Positions 19,729 through 30,658 of a stretch of 64,000 nucleotides of DNA are shown here, one piece after another. This DNA comes from a virus. Its lineage: Duplodnaviria > Caudoviricetes. Both the position numbers and the translations under genes were made by a program. The stretch is taken from IMG/VR virus record IMGVR_UViG_3300020048_000112, positions 7,103 to 71,102 of that record. One strand, given 5' to 3'. Positions within the stretch are counted from its first letter, which is position 1. The number at the start of each line of letters is the position of its first letter. The notes beneath the pieces were generated by a model. It searched no databases, had not been told where the DNA came from, and saw nothing but the letters and a program-made list of their open reading frames with translations.

Positions 19729-21849
19729 TTACACGTATTCTCTTTCAGGTAGTTTTAGCATTATTTCATGATAATTGCTAATTACATCTAAGATAACTGT
19801 ACCAACATTACCACTATGTATTGTCCGATTAAAAAATGCATCAGGACTTTCTATAGGAACTACGGTGTAGGTAGGTTTACGGGTAAAGTTAAGAGGATCG
19901 TAATGATTCTCCATTTCGAGTAAATCCTGAGCTGCAGCAAGTTCTTTTAATTTATCTTTAGCATCGGTGTAGAAATCTGTGAGTTCTGCATACACTTCCG
20001 ATACAGCATAACCAATTGCCTTGGTAACAAATTCAAGTATGGATAGAGTAGCTTGTAAACACATCTGAGCAGTAGGCATTGTAAAACTACCCATGCGTAT
20101 AAACATAGAAGCAATAACTGCTACAACAGCTAATACAGCACCCCATTCAGCACCCACATGTTTGACTACAAACTTGAATGCATAATTAATAACTATCGCT
20201 GCTGCGATCATGGCTAATAGCTCAAATATAGCCATCCATCCTATAAGGAATTCAGGATCATAGGTAAATACAAATATGACTATACCTACAACCATAACCA
20301 CAACTCTGAACCAAGTAGACTCATACCACTTGAGTTTGGTTATTACGTAAGAATTGCATATCAATGTAAGGCTATTGTTATAAAGCTCATTGCGGTGAAA
20401 TACTTGAAGGGTTTCAGCAATGCCATAATGGATAGGTATAATGAGATTGTTATTACCTTCTTCCTGTGTTGCACTAAGAGTTGTCTCTACTAAATGACTT
20501 TTGTAAATATTATTGGAATGTAAAAGACCGTGTACGGTCACTTCACGGTAGGTAGAAGAAGTTAACTGATACCTGTACGTTATGCTTGAAGCATCAATTT
20601 CAACCAGCTCAGTGTCACCCTCCCCATCGCTACCATCTACAACCTCAATCTCTATAGTTTCAGTTGCTATATTTATTGAACTATCCGCGAATCCACGTTT
20701 ACCTATTACACCTTCTACTAAACTTGAATATATATTATTAAAAGATATTTCTATATCTAACCCATGTTCCTGTAATGTGATATCAGGTGGAGTATTAAGA
20801 GGAGAGTAATAGTTATCTGTTTTTACTATGGTACGTGGTACAGACTGACCATCAATAACACTAGACGCACCATCTATCTCAGCATATTTTTGTAAGGTGT
20901 ACAAATAGTGGAAGTACTCAGTAAGGTATCTAAGACTAGGGATATCCTCGGTATTAGCTGGCACACCAAACATTACATATGCATGATCGATTTCAGCTAT
21001 ATCTGGATTTGAATTTATAGACTCAGCTAATGAAGTTATGTTTAGGCCTAGCTTTCTAAGGAGTGATTTACTGGTGCGATAGAGGTCATCATCAATAGTA
21101 GTGAGGTCTACATTCTGATGTCGTAAAGGAATTACCGGCATAAAGGCATCTACACCGAAACCATCGTATTGAACGTGTAGATCGGGATATGTACCATCTG
21201 CCATATTGTAATACCAGAAGGCACCTGACCCACTAGGTAAATAATAAAAGGCTATACAGTATGATCCTCCTGAAGCTAAATTAGAGTCTACAGGTATAGT
21301 TTCTTCAAATGTTTCTTTAGCAAAATACTCACCATCACTTACGTATACAGTATACTTATGTGTATATGTAATAGTAGCTGTAGTTCTATCAGAACTTACT
21401 ACAACTTTAGAAACTAATACAGGCTCATCATTAGGATGTTCTAATACAAAAGGGTAAGTAGTTACGTCATTTGTTTGTGGATGATATCCTCTACTATTTG
21501 AAAGAAAAGGCATAACAAGCATCTTATCTGATACCTCATCAATAAGAGCATATACCAGGGTAATACTCTGCCCGATCTCAGCTTCAATTATTGATTGCAC
21601 GGTAGTAGGTGATGCTTGAGCCAAACCCCCTACAAGACAATTAGGCAAACCAAGGGTATAACGGTTCATAGCATATTTATACGCCTGAGTGGCTTTACTA
21701 CTCATACCCCCTATAGACTCATTAATAATACATCCAGGTAATGATGAATTTGACAGCACAGAGTAAGCCACTACCTCTGCTGTAATATTGGTGCTTTTAG
21801 CCATCAACGGTACTGCTGTTGATGAGACTGATATTTCTACTTCTGGCAT
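19729..21849 (-). CDS. N4 gp53-like tail/virion protein (706 aa)
   Basis: FMPVIPLRH, IDHAYVMFGV and KLKWYESTWF segments; hydrophobic C-terminal stretch; ESPDAFFNRT; synteny. Confidence 0.8.
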   Translation of the reverse strand: MPEVEISVSSTAVPLMAKSTNITAEVVAYSVLSNSSLPGCIINESIGGMSSKATQAYKYAMNRYTLGLPNCLVGGLAQASPTTVQSIIEAEIGQSITLVYALIDEVSDKMLVMPFLSNSRGYHPQTNDVTTYPFVLEHPNDEPVLVSKVVVSSDRTTATITYTHKYTVYVSDGEYFAKETFEETIPVDSNLASGGSYCIAFYYLPSGSGAFWYYNMADGTYPDLHVQYDGFGVDAFMPVIPLRHQNVDLTTIDDDLYRTSKSLLRKLGLNITSLAESINSNPDIAEIDHAYVMFGVPANTEDIPSLRYLTEYFHYLYTLQKYAEIDGASSVIDGQSVPRTIVKTDNYYSPLNTPPDITLQEHGLDIEISFNNIYSSLVEGVIGKRGFADSSINIATETIEIEVVDGSDGEGDTELVEIDASSITYRYQLTSSTYREVTVHGLLHSNNIYKSHLVETTLSATQEEGNNNLIIPIHYGIAETLQVFHRNELYNNSLTLICNSYVITKLKWYESTWFRVVVMVVGIVIFVFTYDPEFLIGWMAIFELLAMIAAAIVINYAFKFVVKHVGAEWGAVLAVVAVIASMFIRMGSFTMPTAQMCLQATLSILEFVTKAIGYAVSEVYAELTDFYTDAKDKLKELAAAQDLLEMENHYDPLNFTRKPTYTVVPIESPDAFFNRTIHSGNVGTVILDVISNYHEIMLKLPEREYV

Positions 21850-21865
21850 ATAGCACCTATAAAAA

Positions 21866-21885
21866 AGGAGGGCATTAGCCCTCCT
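21866..21885 (-). terminator. Intrinsic terminator after gp54-like gene
   Basis: AGGAGGGC-ATTA-GCCCTCCT hairpin with a T6 run on the minus strand. Confidence 0.7.
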
Positions 21886-21915
21886 GAATAAAAATTCTGA
21901 GCCAACAAAAAAATA

Positions 21916-22629
21916 CTATGCGTTAATACCTGCTTTAGCTTTTCCTATAACATCACCGATGTCACCATCAGTTAGCCCTGTACCATCAACAGTAGTAGCA
22001 TCATCAGTAGTACGACGAACAGCCCAACTATCTACCATGATTTTTGCAAGCTTCTGTTCAGCATCACGGGCAAAACCATCAGTCTGGGCCTTATACAGAT
22101 CCATCTGCTTTTTAAGAACACCCCCACCACAATCGTTAGTCTGGGCAGATTCAGTTGATGTTTTTTGGTTCAAAAGACTGATCTCAGCACTGTTTTTACT
22201 GATCTCAGCACTGGTTTTACTTATCTGGCCGGTGAGTAAATCTCTCTGTTTAGCAAGTAAACCTTCGAGTGAAGTACTGTTATTAAACCCAAGGCCGGCA
22301 GTAATAGTGTCTTCTGTTTGAACCAATTCACTAACAATCTTCTGCCGGGTAAGACCTATTTCAGCATTGAGCTTCTCTACCTGTTTACCTATTGATAGGT
22401 AAGCTATTGATTGCTGTAGTACTGCAGCCATAGCCCCAAGATAAACAGTAGAGTACTCTTTACCGGTCAAGCGATTGCTATTATATTCTTCGAGGATATG
22501 CTTACTTACGGTAGACATAAGTACATCAAATACACCAGTACCGCCTATATTACCTGATGTAAGATCAGCAAGACTTACGGTCCCTGGGATAACTTCACCA
22601 ATACTCAGCGGTACAAAGGGTACAGACAT
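21916..22629 (-). CDS. N4 gp54-like structural protein
   Basis: GTGVFDVLMSTVSKHILEEY...LTGKEYSTVYLG and QTDGFARDAE segments; synteny. Confidence 0.8.
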   Translation of the reverse strand: MSVPFVPLSIGEVIPGTVSLADLTSGNIGGTGVFDVLMSTVSKHILEEYNSNRLTGKEYSTVYLGAMAAVLQQSIAYLSIGKQVEKLNAEIGLTRQKIVSELVQTEDTITAGLGFNNSTSLEGLLAKQRDLLTGQISKTSAEISKNSAEISLLNQKTSTESAQTNDCGGGVLKKQMDLYKAQTDGFARDAEQKLAKIMVDSWAVRRTTDDATTVDGTGLTDGDIGDVIGKAKAGINA

Positions 22630-22640
22630 AATTTATCCCC

Positions 22641-23315
22641 TTAATCGATGTTATTAGCAGCAGCCTGTGCAGCAGCTAATTCTTTCAATTCACCCTCTGT
22701 AAGGGCTGGCAGCACGACGACATTGAACTCATTGATGAGCTTACCCTTACGAGTTTTCATGCGTGTACGGGGATCAGTATGGGTGTAGAACACTTGGCAC
22801 TTACGTTCGATCAGTTGATTATAGATCATCCGTGGAATGTGATATCCGGCCTCAGCATTAAAAGGTATGAACTTTTTCACTGTACCTACTACCGAATTAG
22901 ATACTGTGAATACCTCACCTTCCCACAACTGTTTAGCAGGATTCATGCAGTTTACTACTACACGTATAAGAGCATGAGCTTCTGCCCGCATACGAGCTTT
23001 ATACTCATAGATCGACTCAGGTACAGCCTCGACTTCATCAACTACGGTAGCTGCTACAGTTTCAGCGGTATTGAGGGCAGCAGCGATCTTAGCACGAAGA
23101 GTAGCCAATCCAATATTAGGGTGGTAAGTAACCTGCATCTGATCAGCTCGCTCTTTAAGCATGTTAAGCTCAATGGCCTCCAGTTGATCTGCAGTAGCAA
23201 CAACTTTAACCGGTGCTTCAGGCTTCACGGCTTTAACTTTAACCTCAGCAGCTGGAGTAGGGACATCTGCATTAAAGAGATTATCGACAGGAGGTGTTTC
23301 TTTTTGGCTCGGCAT
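22641..23315 (-). CDS. N4 gp55-like protein
   Basis: LKERADQMQVTYHPNIGLATLRAKI; LIRVVVNCMNPAKQLWEGEVFTV; synteny. Confidence 0.8.
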   Translation of the reverse strand: MPSQKETPPVDNLFNADVPTPAAEVKVKAVKPEAPVKVVATADQLEAIELNMLKERADQMQVTYHPNIGLATLRAKIAAALNTAETVAATVVDEVEAVPESIYEYKARMRAEAHALIRVVVNCMNPAKQLWEGEVFTVSNSVVGTVKKFIPFNAEAGYHIPRMIYNQLIERKCQVFYTHTDPRTRMKTRKGKLINEFNVVVLPALTEGELKELAAAQAAANNID

Positions 23316-23347
23316 TATGGACCTTTTACTTTGAATTTTATATAAAA

Positions 23348-23371
23348 ACTTCCCCTGGAGACAGGGGAAGT
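23348..23371 (-). terminator. Intrinsic terminator after major capsid gene
   Basis: ACTTCCCCTG-GAGA-CAGGGGAAGT 10-bp stem, T run downstream on the minus strand. Confidence 0.8.
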
Positions 23372-23394
23372 ATTCAGACCAAACTACTTATTGA

Positions 23395-24807
23395 TTATTG
23401 CTCGGCAACAGTTTTGAGTACAGCAATACGCTCAGAACGGAGTGCCATGAAACCGTAGTACCATTTGATGGACATGAACCCAGTTTCACCATAAGGATCT
23501 GTCTTATCGGCAGTAGCTTCACCTGGCTTCTTATGGAAAATCTTGAACTTGACCGTTTTACCGTCAGTTTGGAAACCGATAGTAGTGAAAGACTCATCAC
23601 CAACTACGAGCATCGGATAGACGTTATATCGACCATTAGCTACACGGTAGCCAGCGTTAGTACCTTCAACAGCACCAACACCTTCCCAATGCATCATTTC
23701 AGGTACAACAACGATACGGAACTGACCGATAGTACCAATCTCACCATTGAGGATCTCACCGGCAGCGGCGTAATGCTGAACAGGAATGAAAGCCTGCTTA
23801 TCAAAATGGTCTTTCATCTTCTCGACAACAGAAATAAGCTCTGAACCAATATACATAACCCGGGCAGAGTTAATGACTTTAGTATCTACCATACGACTAC
23901 CAGTAATGATCTTGGTATGCTTGGGAGTACGGTTGTCATCGAGGTCGACAGACAGCTTGGAAAGATCAGTATAATCTACCATGCAAACAGAACCGGTAGC
24001 ACCGGTTACAGTGGCATTACTGGTAGCTGCGCCTGCATAACGAATGGTGCCAGCCGAATTGAGAAGATCGATCTGCAGGGCATCCTCAGTGATCTCAGCA
24101 GCACCGTTCAGCATCTCACGATTGATATGAGATGCAAGCTGATCGTCAGTGTCAAAATCAAGAGACTCCTGGGTGTACTCATCGAAGAAACCAAATTTCT
24201 CCAAAGTACCTTCAAGCTCGATACGCTTGAAGCCTACACGGTTAACACGACCGCCTGTCTCCGACAATGCCGGCAATTTGGAACTGATATAGCCGATGTC
24301 CTTGGACGAACCATAAAGATTACCAGAACCCTGGGTAGCGACTGCACCCGTAATAGCTGCAACAACTGCATCAGATAAGGTCTTGGTAGCAGCAGTAAAA
24401 GAGGTAGCACTGAAAGTTACAGTCCAGGGATTAGCCGAACCGGTCTTGACAGCAGCACCAGAAGTAATTGCATTGATTGCAGCAGCGGCAGCAGTAGCAT
24501 CTGCTTCAACAGCATAGGTTTCAACCAAACGAGGAAGCTGAACAAAATAGTTGGCGGTAGATATAGTAGCGCCAGCAGCATCAATACCTTGGTCATTGAT
24601 ATTACGCTCATCCAGCATAGGCATATAATGATACTGCTTGATCTTCTTACCGAAGTTCTTCGGCATACTGGTAACGTCAGCGAGCTGAGAAAAATATTGA
24701 AGTTTTTTAAGCTCAATGAGAGCTTTCTTCTGATGAAAGTCAGTACGGATCTGGGATCCGATAGTAGAAGCCGCGGAGTTCGCGGGATCGTTGTAAATCT
24801 GGGGCAT
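23395..24807 (-). CDS. Major capsid protein (N4 gp56-like) with an internal insertion
   Basis: [54 protein letters not shown] are N4-family MCP signatures. Confidence 0.95.
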   Translation of the reverse strand: MPQIYNDPANSAASTIGSQIRTDFHQKKALIELKKLQYFSQLADVTSMPKNFGKKIKQYHYMPMLDERNINDQGIDAAGATISTANYFVQLPRLVETYAVEADATAAAAAINAITSGAAVKTGSANPWTVTFSATSFTAATKTLSDAVVAAITGAVATQGSGNLYGSSKDIGYISSKLPALSETGGRVNRVGFKRIELEGTLEKFGFFDEYTQESLDFDTDDQLASHINREMLNGAAEITEDALQIDLLNSAGTIRYAGAATSNATVTGATGSVCMVDYTDLSKLSVDLDDNRTPKHTKIITGSRMVDTKVINSARVMYIGSELISVVEKMKDHFDKQAFIPVQHYAAAGEILNGEIGTIGQFRIVVVPEMMHWEGVGAVEGTNAGYRVANGRYNVYPMLVVGDESFTTIGFQTDGKTVKFKIFHKKPGEATADKTDPYGETGFMSIKWYYGFMALRSERIAVLKTVAEQ

Positions 24808-24839
24808 GATAAATTCTCCTTATAAATTCAATACAAAAG

Positions 24840-25985
24840 TTATTTAATTTGGGTGTAAGCTGATGGAGGCAATTTATTGAAATCATCATCCGAGAGAGAC
24901 AGCATGTTAGATGGTGTCTTAACTGCCGGAGTAGATTTACTGGTTGTAATGGTTGCCGCCTTCTTTTGTGCTTTGCGTTTTTCATCTGCTTCCTTTTTCT
25001 GTGCGTCATCAGCATTGACTTTTACAGGAGAAGCCGGTTGACCGAGTTGCCCTTGTGAGTGCAAATAATCACCCATCTGTTTGTAGGCCTCGAAGTCGGA
25101 TACTCCCTGAAGTTTTCCGAATCTACGTGCTCTTTCTACCTCGTTGATTACCTTGTCAAAAATACCACTACCGATATGCTCATTGATTATCGAAATAATT
25201 TTAGGATCGGCTGCAATGACATTTCTGCTGGCATCATCCCAAGTTTCAGATACGACTTTCAGAGTACGAGCATAAGAAGGTGTTTCTTGAATTGCTTCAA
25301 GCACCGACTCAAGTGCCATCTCGGTGTCACTGATCCTTGAGGTTTTAGGGGTATAAGTGCTGTCAGCAGCTGTATCAATTGATAGGGGATCAATACCACT
25401 ATCCTTCATCAACTTGGTAATAGCTGCCGGGTCTTTCTTGGAAAGGTCAATGAGGTATCCGAGCTTAGACTCATCAAGTAACTCATGTCTTTCCAGTAAC
25501 TTCATTATCTTCAAAGACGGTTTAAGACTCGCCATCTTCTTATGGTAGTTGGCTCCCATTTGCATGAGAGATATAATTTCATCTGTGTTCTTTACTTGTA
25601 TATCAAGCCCATTAGCCTTAAACGGGGCAGTAAGTTTTTCGTACTCTACTTTGTAATCAATAGCCGAAGCAGGATCAGGATCCGTTTTTGTATCGGCAGG
25701 CTTATCTTTAGCCTTGTCATCCACAACTCCAGCTCGGTCTTTATCATCGGTTTTGTCAGCAGCATCAGAGCTACCCTCATCTTTGGGATCGTCAGCATCA
25801 AGATCAGTATCACCAGCACTATCAGTGCTGTCAGTAGTTGTAGCGTTGCTATCTCCATTCTTAACCTCAATAGTTTCAACTACAGGTTCTGGAAGTTTAG
25901 CGAAGTCATCATCCGATAGTTCAAGTGTGCTGACTACGACCTCTTCTTCCTCATCTTTTTTATCAACGGTAGTATCTTCAGCCAT
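24840..25985 (-). CDS. N4 gp57-like acidic protein (scaffold-like; often annotated tape measure)
   Basis: Acidic N-terminus; APFKANG, LMQMGANYHKKM; repeated LSDDDF at both ends; upstream of MCP. Confidence 0.8.
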   Translation of the reverse strand: MAEDTTVDKKDEEEEVVVSTLELSDDDFAKLPEPVVETIEVKNGDSNATTTDSTDSAGDTDLDADDPKDEGSSDAADKTDDKDRAGVVDDKAKDKPADTKTDPDPASAIDYKVEYEKLTAPFKANGLDIQVKNTDEIISLMQMGANYHKKMASLKPSLKIMKLLERHELLDESKLGYLIDLSKKDPAAITKLMKDSGIDPLSIDTAADSTYTPKTSRISDTEMALESVLEAIQETPSYARTLKVVSETWDDASRNVIAADPKIISIINEHIGSGIFDKVINEVERARRFGKLQGVSDFEAYKQMGDYLHSQGQLGQPASPVKVNADDAQKKEADEKRKAQKKAATITTSKSTPAVKTPSNMLSLSDDDFNKLPPSAYTQIK

Positions 25986-25987
25986 AA

Positions 25988-26341
25988 TTACGCCTCTGCC
26001 TCGTCACGAAGGATAGCTTCACGAGTCTCTTCATCGTCGACCAGGGCTTTAGCTGCAGTATCACCAATGCGTTCAGTCATACGCATAAATTGGTCTAACT
26101 GACCTACGGCATCAATACGTTTCTGCAGAGCACGTTGAATATTGGGATCTTGACATGCAGGCTCGGCAAGTGCTTTAACCGTTCTGCTTACGTCAGTTCC
26201 AAGGAAGTAATCGAGGAATACTTTCTTAAAATCCTTGTTCTTGTAGAGCCGTCTGAGAGATGTAGCCATAGCCACTTTCTCCCGGGCAGACTCAATAGAT
26301 AACTCGATCAACTCAATTTGCTCTGCTGCAGTCATGTCCAT
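25988..26341 (-). CDS. N4 gp58-like coiled-coil protein
   Basis: LRRLYKNKDFKKVFLDYF...IDAVGQLDQF; between portal and gp57-like genes. Confidence 0.75.
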   Translation of the reverse strand: MDMTAAEQIELIELSIESAREKVAMATSLRRLYKNKDFKKVFLDYFLGTDVSRTVKALAEPACQDPNIQRALQKRIDAVGQLDQFMRMTERIGDTAAKALVDDEETREAILRDEAEA

Positions 26342-26419
26342 ATTTTACATCCTTTGTGTCCCTTCATAACGAAGGATAGTTTATGTTAAGATTGAGCCAA
26401 GAAGCTCAACCACCAATAC

Positions 26420-29173
26420 TTATTTTGCTTTACGCCCACCTGTGACTACACCTCTTAAAAGGTTTTGATTGGCCTCAGCTAAAAGCATTTTATTTTTATG
26501 AGCAACAGCATGGGGAGAATCGAATTCTCCTGCATTAGCATCAGAAGGTGACATCAAAAATTCTGCAGGACCAGCAGCTTTAAGAACTGCACCTGTAGCA
26601 ACGCGTCTTAATGCACTAATAACCCCATCAGGGATTATATCTGCAGCTGCCTGTGCAGTTCTATTAAAATTGGCAAAGCCATCGCTTGTATCTTGATGGT
26701 CTACCCAACCACGTTGTATGTTATTAATAGTGTTCTGATTATTTGCTATGCTAACATTATTACTATGTAATTGACGTTCTGCTTCAGCGAGTTCAGACAA
26801 ACCTATTTCTTCATTTGGAATAACTGTACCATTTGTATTTGGTGTAATTATTTGGGGGCCGTGTTGGCCTATTACGTAAGGATCTGCACCATTAGACGGT
26901 GCAAGCATTTCTGGCCCATTTTCACCAACTAGGTATGTTTTACCTTTTCTTACGGGGCCGCCTTCTGCTCTTGCTTCTACAGTATCAGTCTTAGCTTTAA
27001 GCATAGCCTCAATAACCTTAGTCTTGGCCTGGGCTTCTGCTTGGCCTCTAATCTTCTGAAGGTTACGTTCTTGCTCTACACCCGATTCCTGCTCTACGTA
27101 GTTAAGATCCTTGTTATCGGCATCACTCAAAAGGTTACGGGCCTTAGCCTTCTCTGTGTCAACCTTAGTGAAATCAAGAAGAGTAGCAGCCTGCTCACTG
27201 GCAACCTGTGCTGTAGTGAGATTAGCGTTTGATCCATGCTGTTGAGCAAGAGCTTGTTCCTTGGCTATCTGAGCTTCAAGAAGCTTTATCTCCAGCTGTG
27301 CCTTCATTTCAGCTAATGGATTAGGTTGAGGCTTGAAGTTCTCGAGTGCTCTCGCGAGATCAGGCATCTTCCGGAGTCTTGCTATATTGGCAAGAAGCAT
27401 ACGGACAATATCCGGATCTGCGTTGTTACCCATAGTCTGAAGCATGAAGGCTAATTCTTTAGCCTTCTGATCATCTTCTTCAGCGGTGCTTATAGTGAGT
27501 TTAAGGTCAAAATTACCTGCAAGGTCATCACGACGAATAGTGACAAATTCCTCATCAGTTATACGGACAACCTCTTCTTCAGAGAGGAACTGAGCATTAA
27601 GGCTTATGATCTTACGACCAATTTCAACAACACCCGCGGCAAGTCTGCGGAGAATACCAAGTTCTCGTTTACTAGCAGCATCCAGGGCACCGCGTACACC
27701 TGCAGCAACATCGCCTAAAGCTTGACCGGTAATACCTGCACTGAATGCCTTTACGCCAGAGAAGCTTTCAGCCTCAGCATTCTGGATATTCAGCATGTTA
27801 TACGCTGATTGTGGAATCTCAGGGTAAGTATGCTGAAACACCCCTACACGAGGATCGGTATTCGCATTATATTCGTAGTCTTTTCCTTCACGGAACTTCC
27901 TGGCATTAGTGACATCGAGGAAGTCTTTACGCATACCTGTCTGGCCGGCAGCAGACTTACCCATAAGATCAATCATGCCTCTTGATACGGCACCGATGAT
28001 CTGTTGGTTATCTCTCAGTAGCTCACCATCAGGCTCCCCGTAGGCAGAACGTCTGACAGGCATGAGCGATGCAAATACAAAGGGGAGTTCTTTATCAGGG
28101 AATGGACTTACCTCCATCTGGATAATGGTAGTACCTGCCCATGTAACAACTATAGGCTCAACAGTGCCTGTACCGTGGATATCCCAGAAACCCCAATATT
28201 CAGAAGCCCAGAATTTTGTTCTTGGCTCGTCTTTAAAATTAAAATTAGCGTTGTCCTTACCACCGGTATAATCCGGATCATTCAACGGGGAAGATCCTTC
28301 AATATTAATGCTGTCAATATTTGAGTATTTACCTGCTTTACGTAGAGCTGATTTCGATGTCTCAAAATTGAATATGATAAAACCGGCTTTACTGATATCT
28401 CCCTCACAAGAAGGATCTATAATTATGTTCTTAGAATCACATACCGTAACAGTAGGGTGATTCTTAATTTCAATGATACGTTTCTGTGTTTCAGTTCCTA
28501 CCTGGGTAGGAATGAGTACTTGACCCGTTTCGAGTAAGGTTTTTATTCCTTGCTCTACGCCTGGATTGGTGAACTCTTTATATTTTTTAGGGTTACTTTG
28601 TTGCAGGGCCATCAATGCTGAATAGCGTTTTAACCCGTCACCAGTCATATCAGGTGAGTATTCATAAACAGGAACTTCTTCCTTAATCGTTGCCTCTTCA
28701 GATACCCAACCAACACGAACAATTACAGTACCCTCATCAACAGCACTTCTTACATAATCATCGATGAATTTTACTTTCTTGATCTTGGTGTTGAATTGAT
28801 TGTTCAACACAAGCTGATTCTGCTGTGCGCTCTTAACGTCCTCAGCAGTTATGGGGTAAACATTGAATACGTCATCAGTACTAAGAAAAGGTTCAGTTAA
28901 TGTAGGGTATCGCCACTCTGCCTGTTTACGAATAAGCTTAGGCTGTACGTTTGATCTGCCTGTAACTTTAGCTATCTTGGCAACACCAGTTACATTCAGA
29001 TAGGCTACCCATTCATCTATCTTTGCCTGCTGAGTAGTGTGTTCCAACTGAGCGTCATCATAGTTTTCCTTTAACTCAGATAACGTAGGTGTAGACTTCC
29101 ACCCCGTTTCTATAATGGAAGACTTATTATCTACAGCTGTATCATCATTCATAGCAGACCATATATTCACCAT
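26420..29173 (-). CDS. Portal protein (N4 gp59-like) with a C-terminal extension
   Basis: PKLIRKQAEWRYPTLTEPF, AVDEGTVIVRVGW, SRGMIDLMGKSA, DLAGNFDLKLTIST; extra ~185 aa after the usual end. Confidence 0.93.
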   Translation of the reverse strand: MVNIWSAMNDDTAVDNKSSIIETGWKSTPTLSELKENYDDAQLEHTTQQAKIDEWVAYLNVTGVAKIAKVTGRSNVQPKLIRKQAEWRYPTLTEPFLSTDDVFNVYPITAEDVKSAQQNQLVLNNQFNTKIKKVKFIDDYVRSAVDEGTVIVRVGWVSEEATIKEEVPVYEYSPDMTGDGLKRYSALMALQQSNPKKYKEFTNPGVEQGIKTLLETGQVLIPTQVGTETQKRIIEIKNHPTVTVCDSKNIIIDPSCEGDISKAGFIIFNFETSKSALRKAGKYSNIDSINIEGSSPLNDPDYTGGKDNANFNFKDEPRTKFWASEYWGFWDIHGTGTVEPIVVTWAGTTIIQMEVSPFPDKELPFVFASLMPVRRSAYGEPDGELLRDNQQIIGAVSRGMIDLMGKSAAGQTGMRKDFLDVTNARKFREGKDYEYNANTDPRVGVFQHTYPEIPQSAYNMLNIQNAEAESFSGVKAFSAGITGQALGDVAAGVRGALDAASKRELGILRRLAAGVVEIGRKIISLNAQFLSEEEVVRITDEEFVTIRRDDLAGNFDLKLTISTAEEDDQKAKELAFMLQTMGNNADPDIVRMLLANIARLRKMPDLARALENFKPQPNPLAEMKAQLEIKLLEAQIAKEQALAQQHGSNANLTTAQVASEQAATLLDFTKVDTEKAKARNLLSDADNKDLNYVEQESGVEQERNLQKIRGQAEAQAKTKVIEAMLKAKTDTVEARAEGGPVRKGKTYLVGENGPEMLAPSNGADPYVIGQHGPQIITPNTNGTVIPNEEIGLSELAEAERQLHSNNVSIANNQNTINNIQRGWVDHQDTSDGFANFNRTAQAAADIIPDGVISALRRVATGAVLKAAGPAEFLMSPSDANAGEFDSPHAVAHKNKMLLAEANQNLLRGVVTGGRKAK

Positions 29174-29407
29174 GGGTAATAAATTAATTGTGTATTAATG
29201 CAATCGAGTTTAATAACTTAATTTCCAAATAGCAATAAAACTATACAAGATTAACTAAAGATTATCAAAATTAATTATATTAATGGCAAAATCCAAGGCC
29301 AATATGGTATTTTATTCCCTGTTATTGATTTGAGTTTTACTTACGTACCGAGGACAGTTTGTCTAAAAGTACACGCTGAAGTTATTCAAATGCAGAGGAT
29401 GATATCC

Positions 29408-30139
29408 ATGTCGAAGACACGAAGTATGCAGAGAGAGACAAGAGAAACCCGGGTTGATAAATGCTTTTGTCCTGCATCACAGTTACTACCGAAGAATGCG
29501 TCACAGGGCATCTACATCGATGCTCTACGTTCATCACCGGTAGTAATAGCAACAGGTTATCCTGGAACAGGAAAGACTTACATTCCTGCTAGAATAGCCG
29601 GAGATATGTACAAGAGAGGTCACATCAATACTATCGTATTGAGCCGGCCATCGGTGTCGACATCGAATTCAATAGGTTTTTTTAAAGGAACCAAGAATGA
29701 AAAAATGCTGCAGTGGTTAGCACCCGTACTTGGTGCTCTCAGAGAAGAATTTTCACCATCTCACTTAGAGCACATGATGAAAGAGAATGTGGAGCATATT
29801 GTGTTCTCCCCACTAGAAACAATAAAAGGCCTGAGCTGGTCAAATAGCTTTATCATTATTGACGAAGCAGAGGATCTTACTTTCAAAGAACTACGGTCCA
29901 TACTCACTCGCATTGGCACAGGGTCTACTATCGTACTCTGTGGCGATCTTGTTCAAACGGATCTTCGTAAATCCGGATTGCAAACACTCATTGATCTTAT
30001 GAGCATTGAACCAAAAATGAAAAACATCATCACACATGTTAATTTTAATAAACCAGAAGAAATCATTCGATCGTCTGCCTGTAAGGAATTAGTGCTTGCA
30101 TTTGAACGATCGGCATATCATTTCCAAAACGCAGCTTAA
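29408..30139 (+). CDS. phoH: PhoH-like ATPase
   Basis: GYPGTGKT, IVLSRPSV, PLETIKGLSWSNSFIIIDEAED, GDLVQTD; GAGG RBS before ATG 29408 (track start 29330). Confidence 0.85.
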   Translation: MSKTRSMQRETRETRVDKCFCPASQLLPKNASQGIYIDALRSSPVVIATGYPGTGKTYIPARIAGDMYKRGHINTIVLSRPSVSTSNSIGFFKGTKNEKMLQWLAPVLGALREEFSPSHLEHMMKENVEHIVFSPLETIKGLSWSNSFIIIDEAEDLTFKELRSILTRIGTGSTIVLCGDLVQTDLRKSGLQTLIDLMSIEPKMKNIITHVNFNKPEEIIRSSACKELVLAFERSAYHFQNAA

Positions 30140-30164
30140 ATATTTGAACCAAGAAAAAAACTAA

Positions 30165-30656
30165 ATGAATAGTGAGACACAACTCTTAGTAAAAATGACT
30201 TACACAGGGTCGGTGTGTTCTGTGCTTATGAAGTACGCAGATACTATTGATGCATTCTCAACACTTGATTGGTTGAAGAGTAAATCAATAGAGGTGGTCC
30301 AACAGATACTACGTGAAGGGGGTAAAAAAGCATTCTCCTGGGCCAGGGTAGCAGATCGCTGTAATAAGCATATTGAGACACTTAAACAGGATGATTGGGC
30401 TGATACCCCAATAGAGACTGTAGATATGGCAGAGGAGATTATCTATACCTTGGCTGTGCTCACACGTATGCTGGAAGATATATCACATGTAAGCCTAGCC
30501 AAGAATCATGACATCGAAAGCATGATCACCGCGGCATATACCCTTGAGAGTATTCTCGGGCTGGATTGTAAAAACAAACATGAGCGCGAAGATGAGATCA
30601 GGGGTATTGCTTTTGATTTCTTGGATCAGCTCTACAAAAAAATAGGGGAAGTCTAA
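30165..30656 (+). CDS. Hypothetical protein
   Basis: 163-aa ORF co-oriented with phoH. Confidence 0.6.
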   Translation: MNSETQLLVKMTYTGSVCSVLMKYADTIDAFSTLDWLKSKSIEVVQQILREGGKKAFSWARVADRCNKHIETLKQDDWADTPIETVDMAEEIIYTLAVLTRMLEDISHVSLAKNHDIESMITAAYTLESILGLDCKNKHEREDEIRGIAFDFLDQLYKKIGEV

Positions 30657-30658
30657 GT

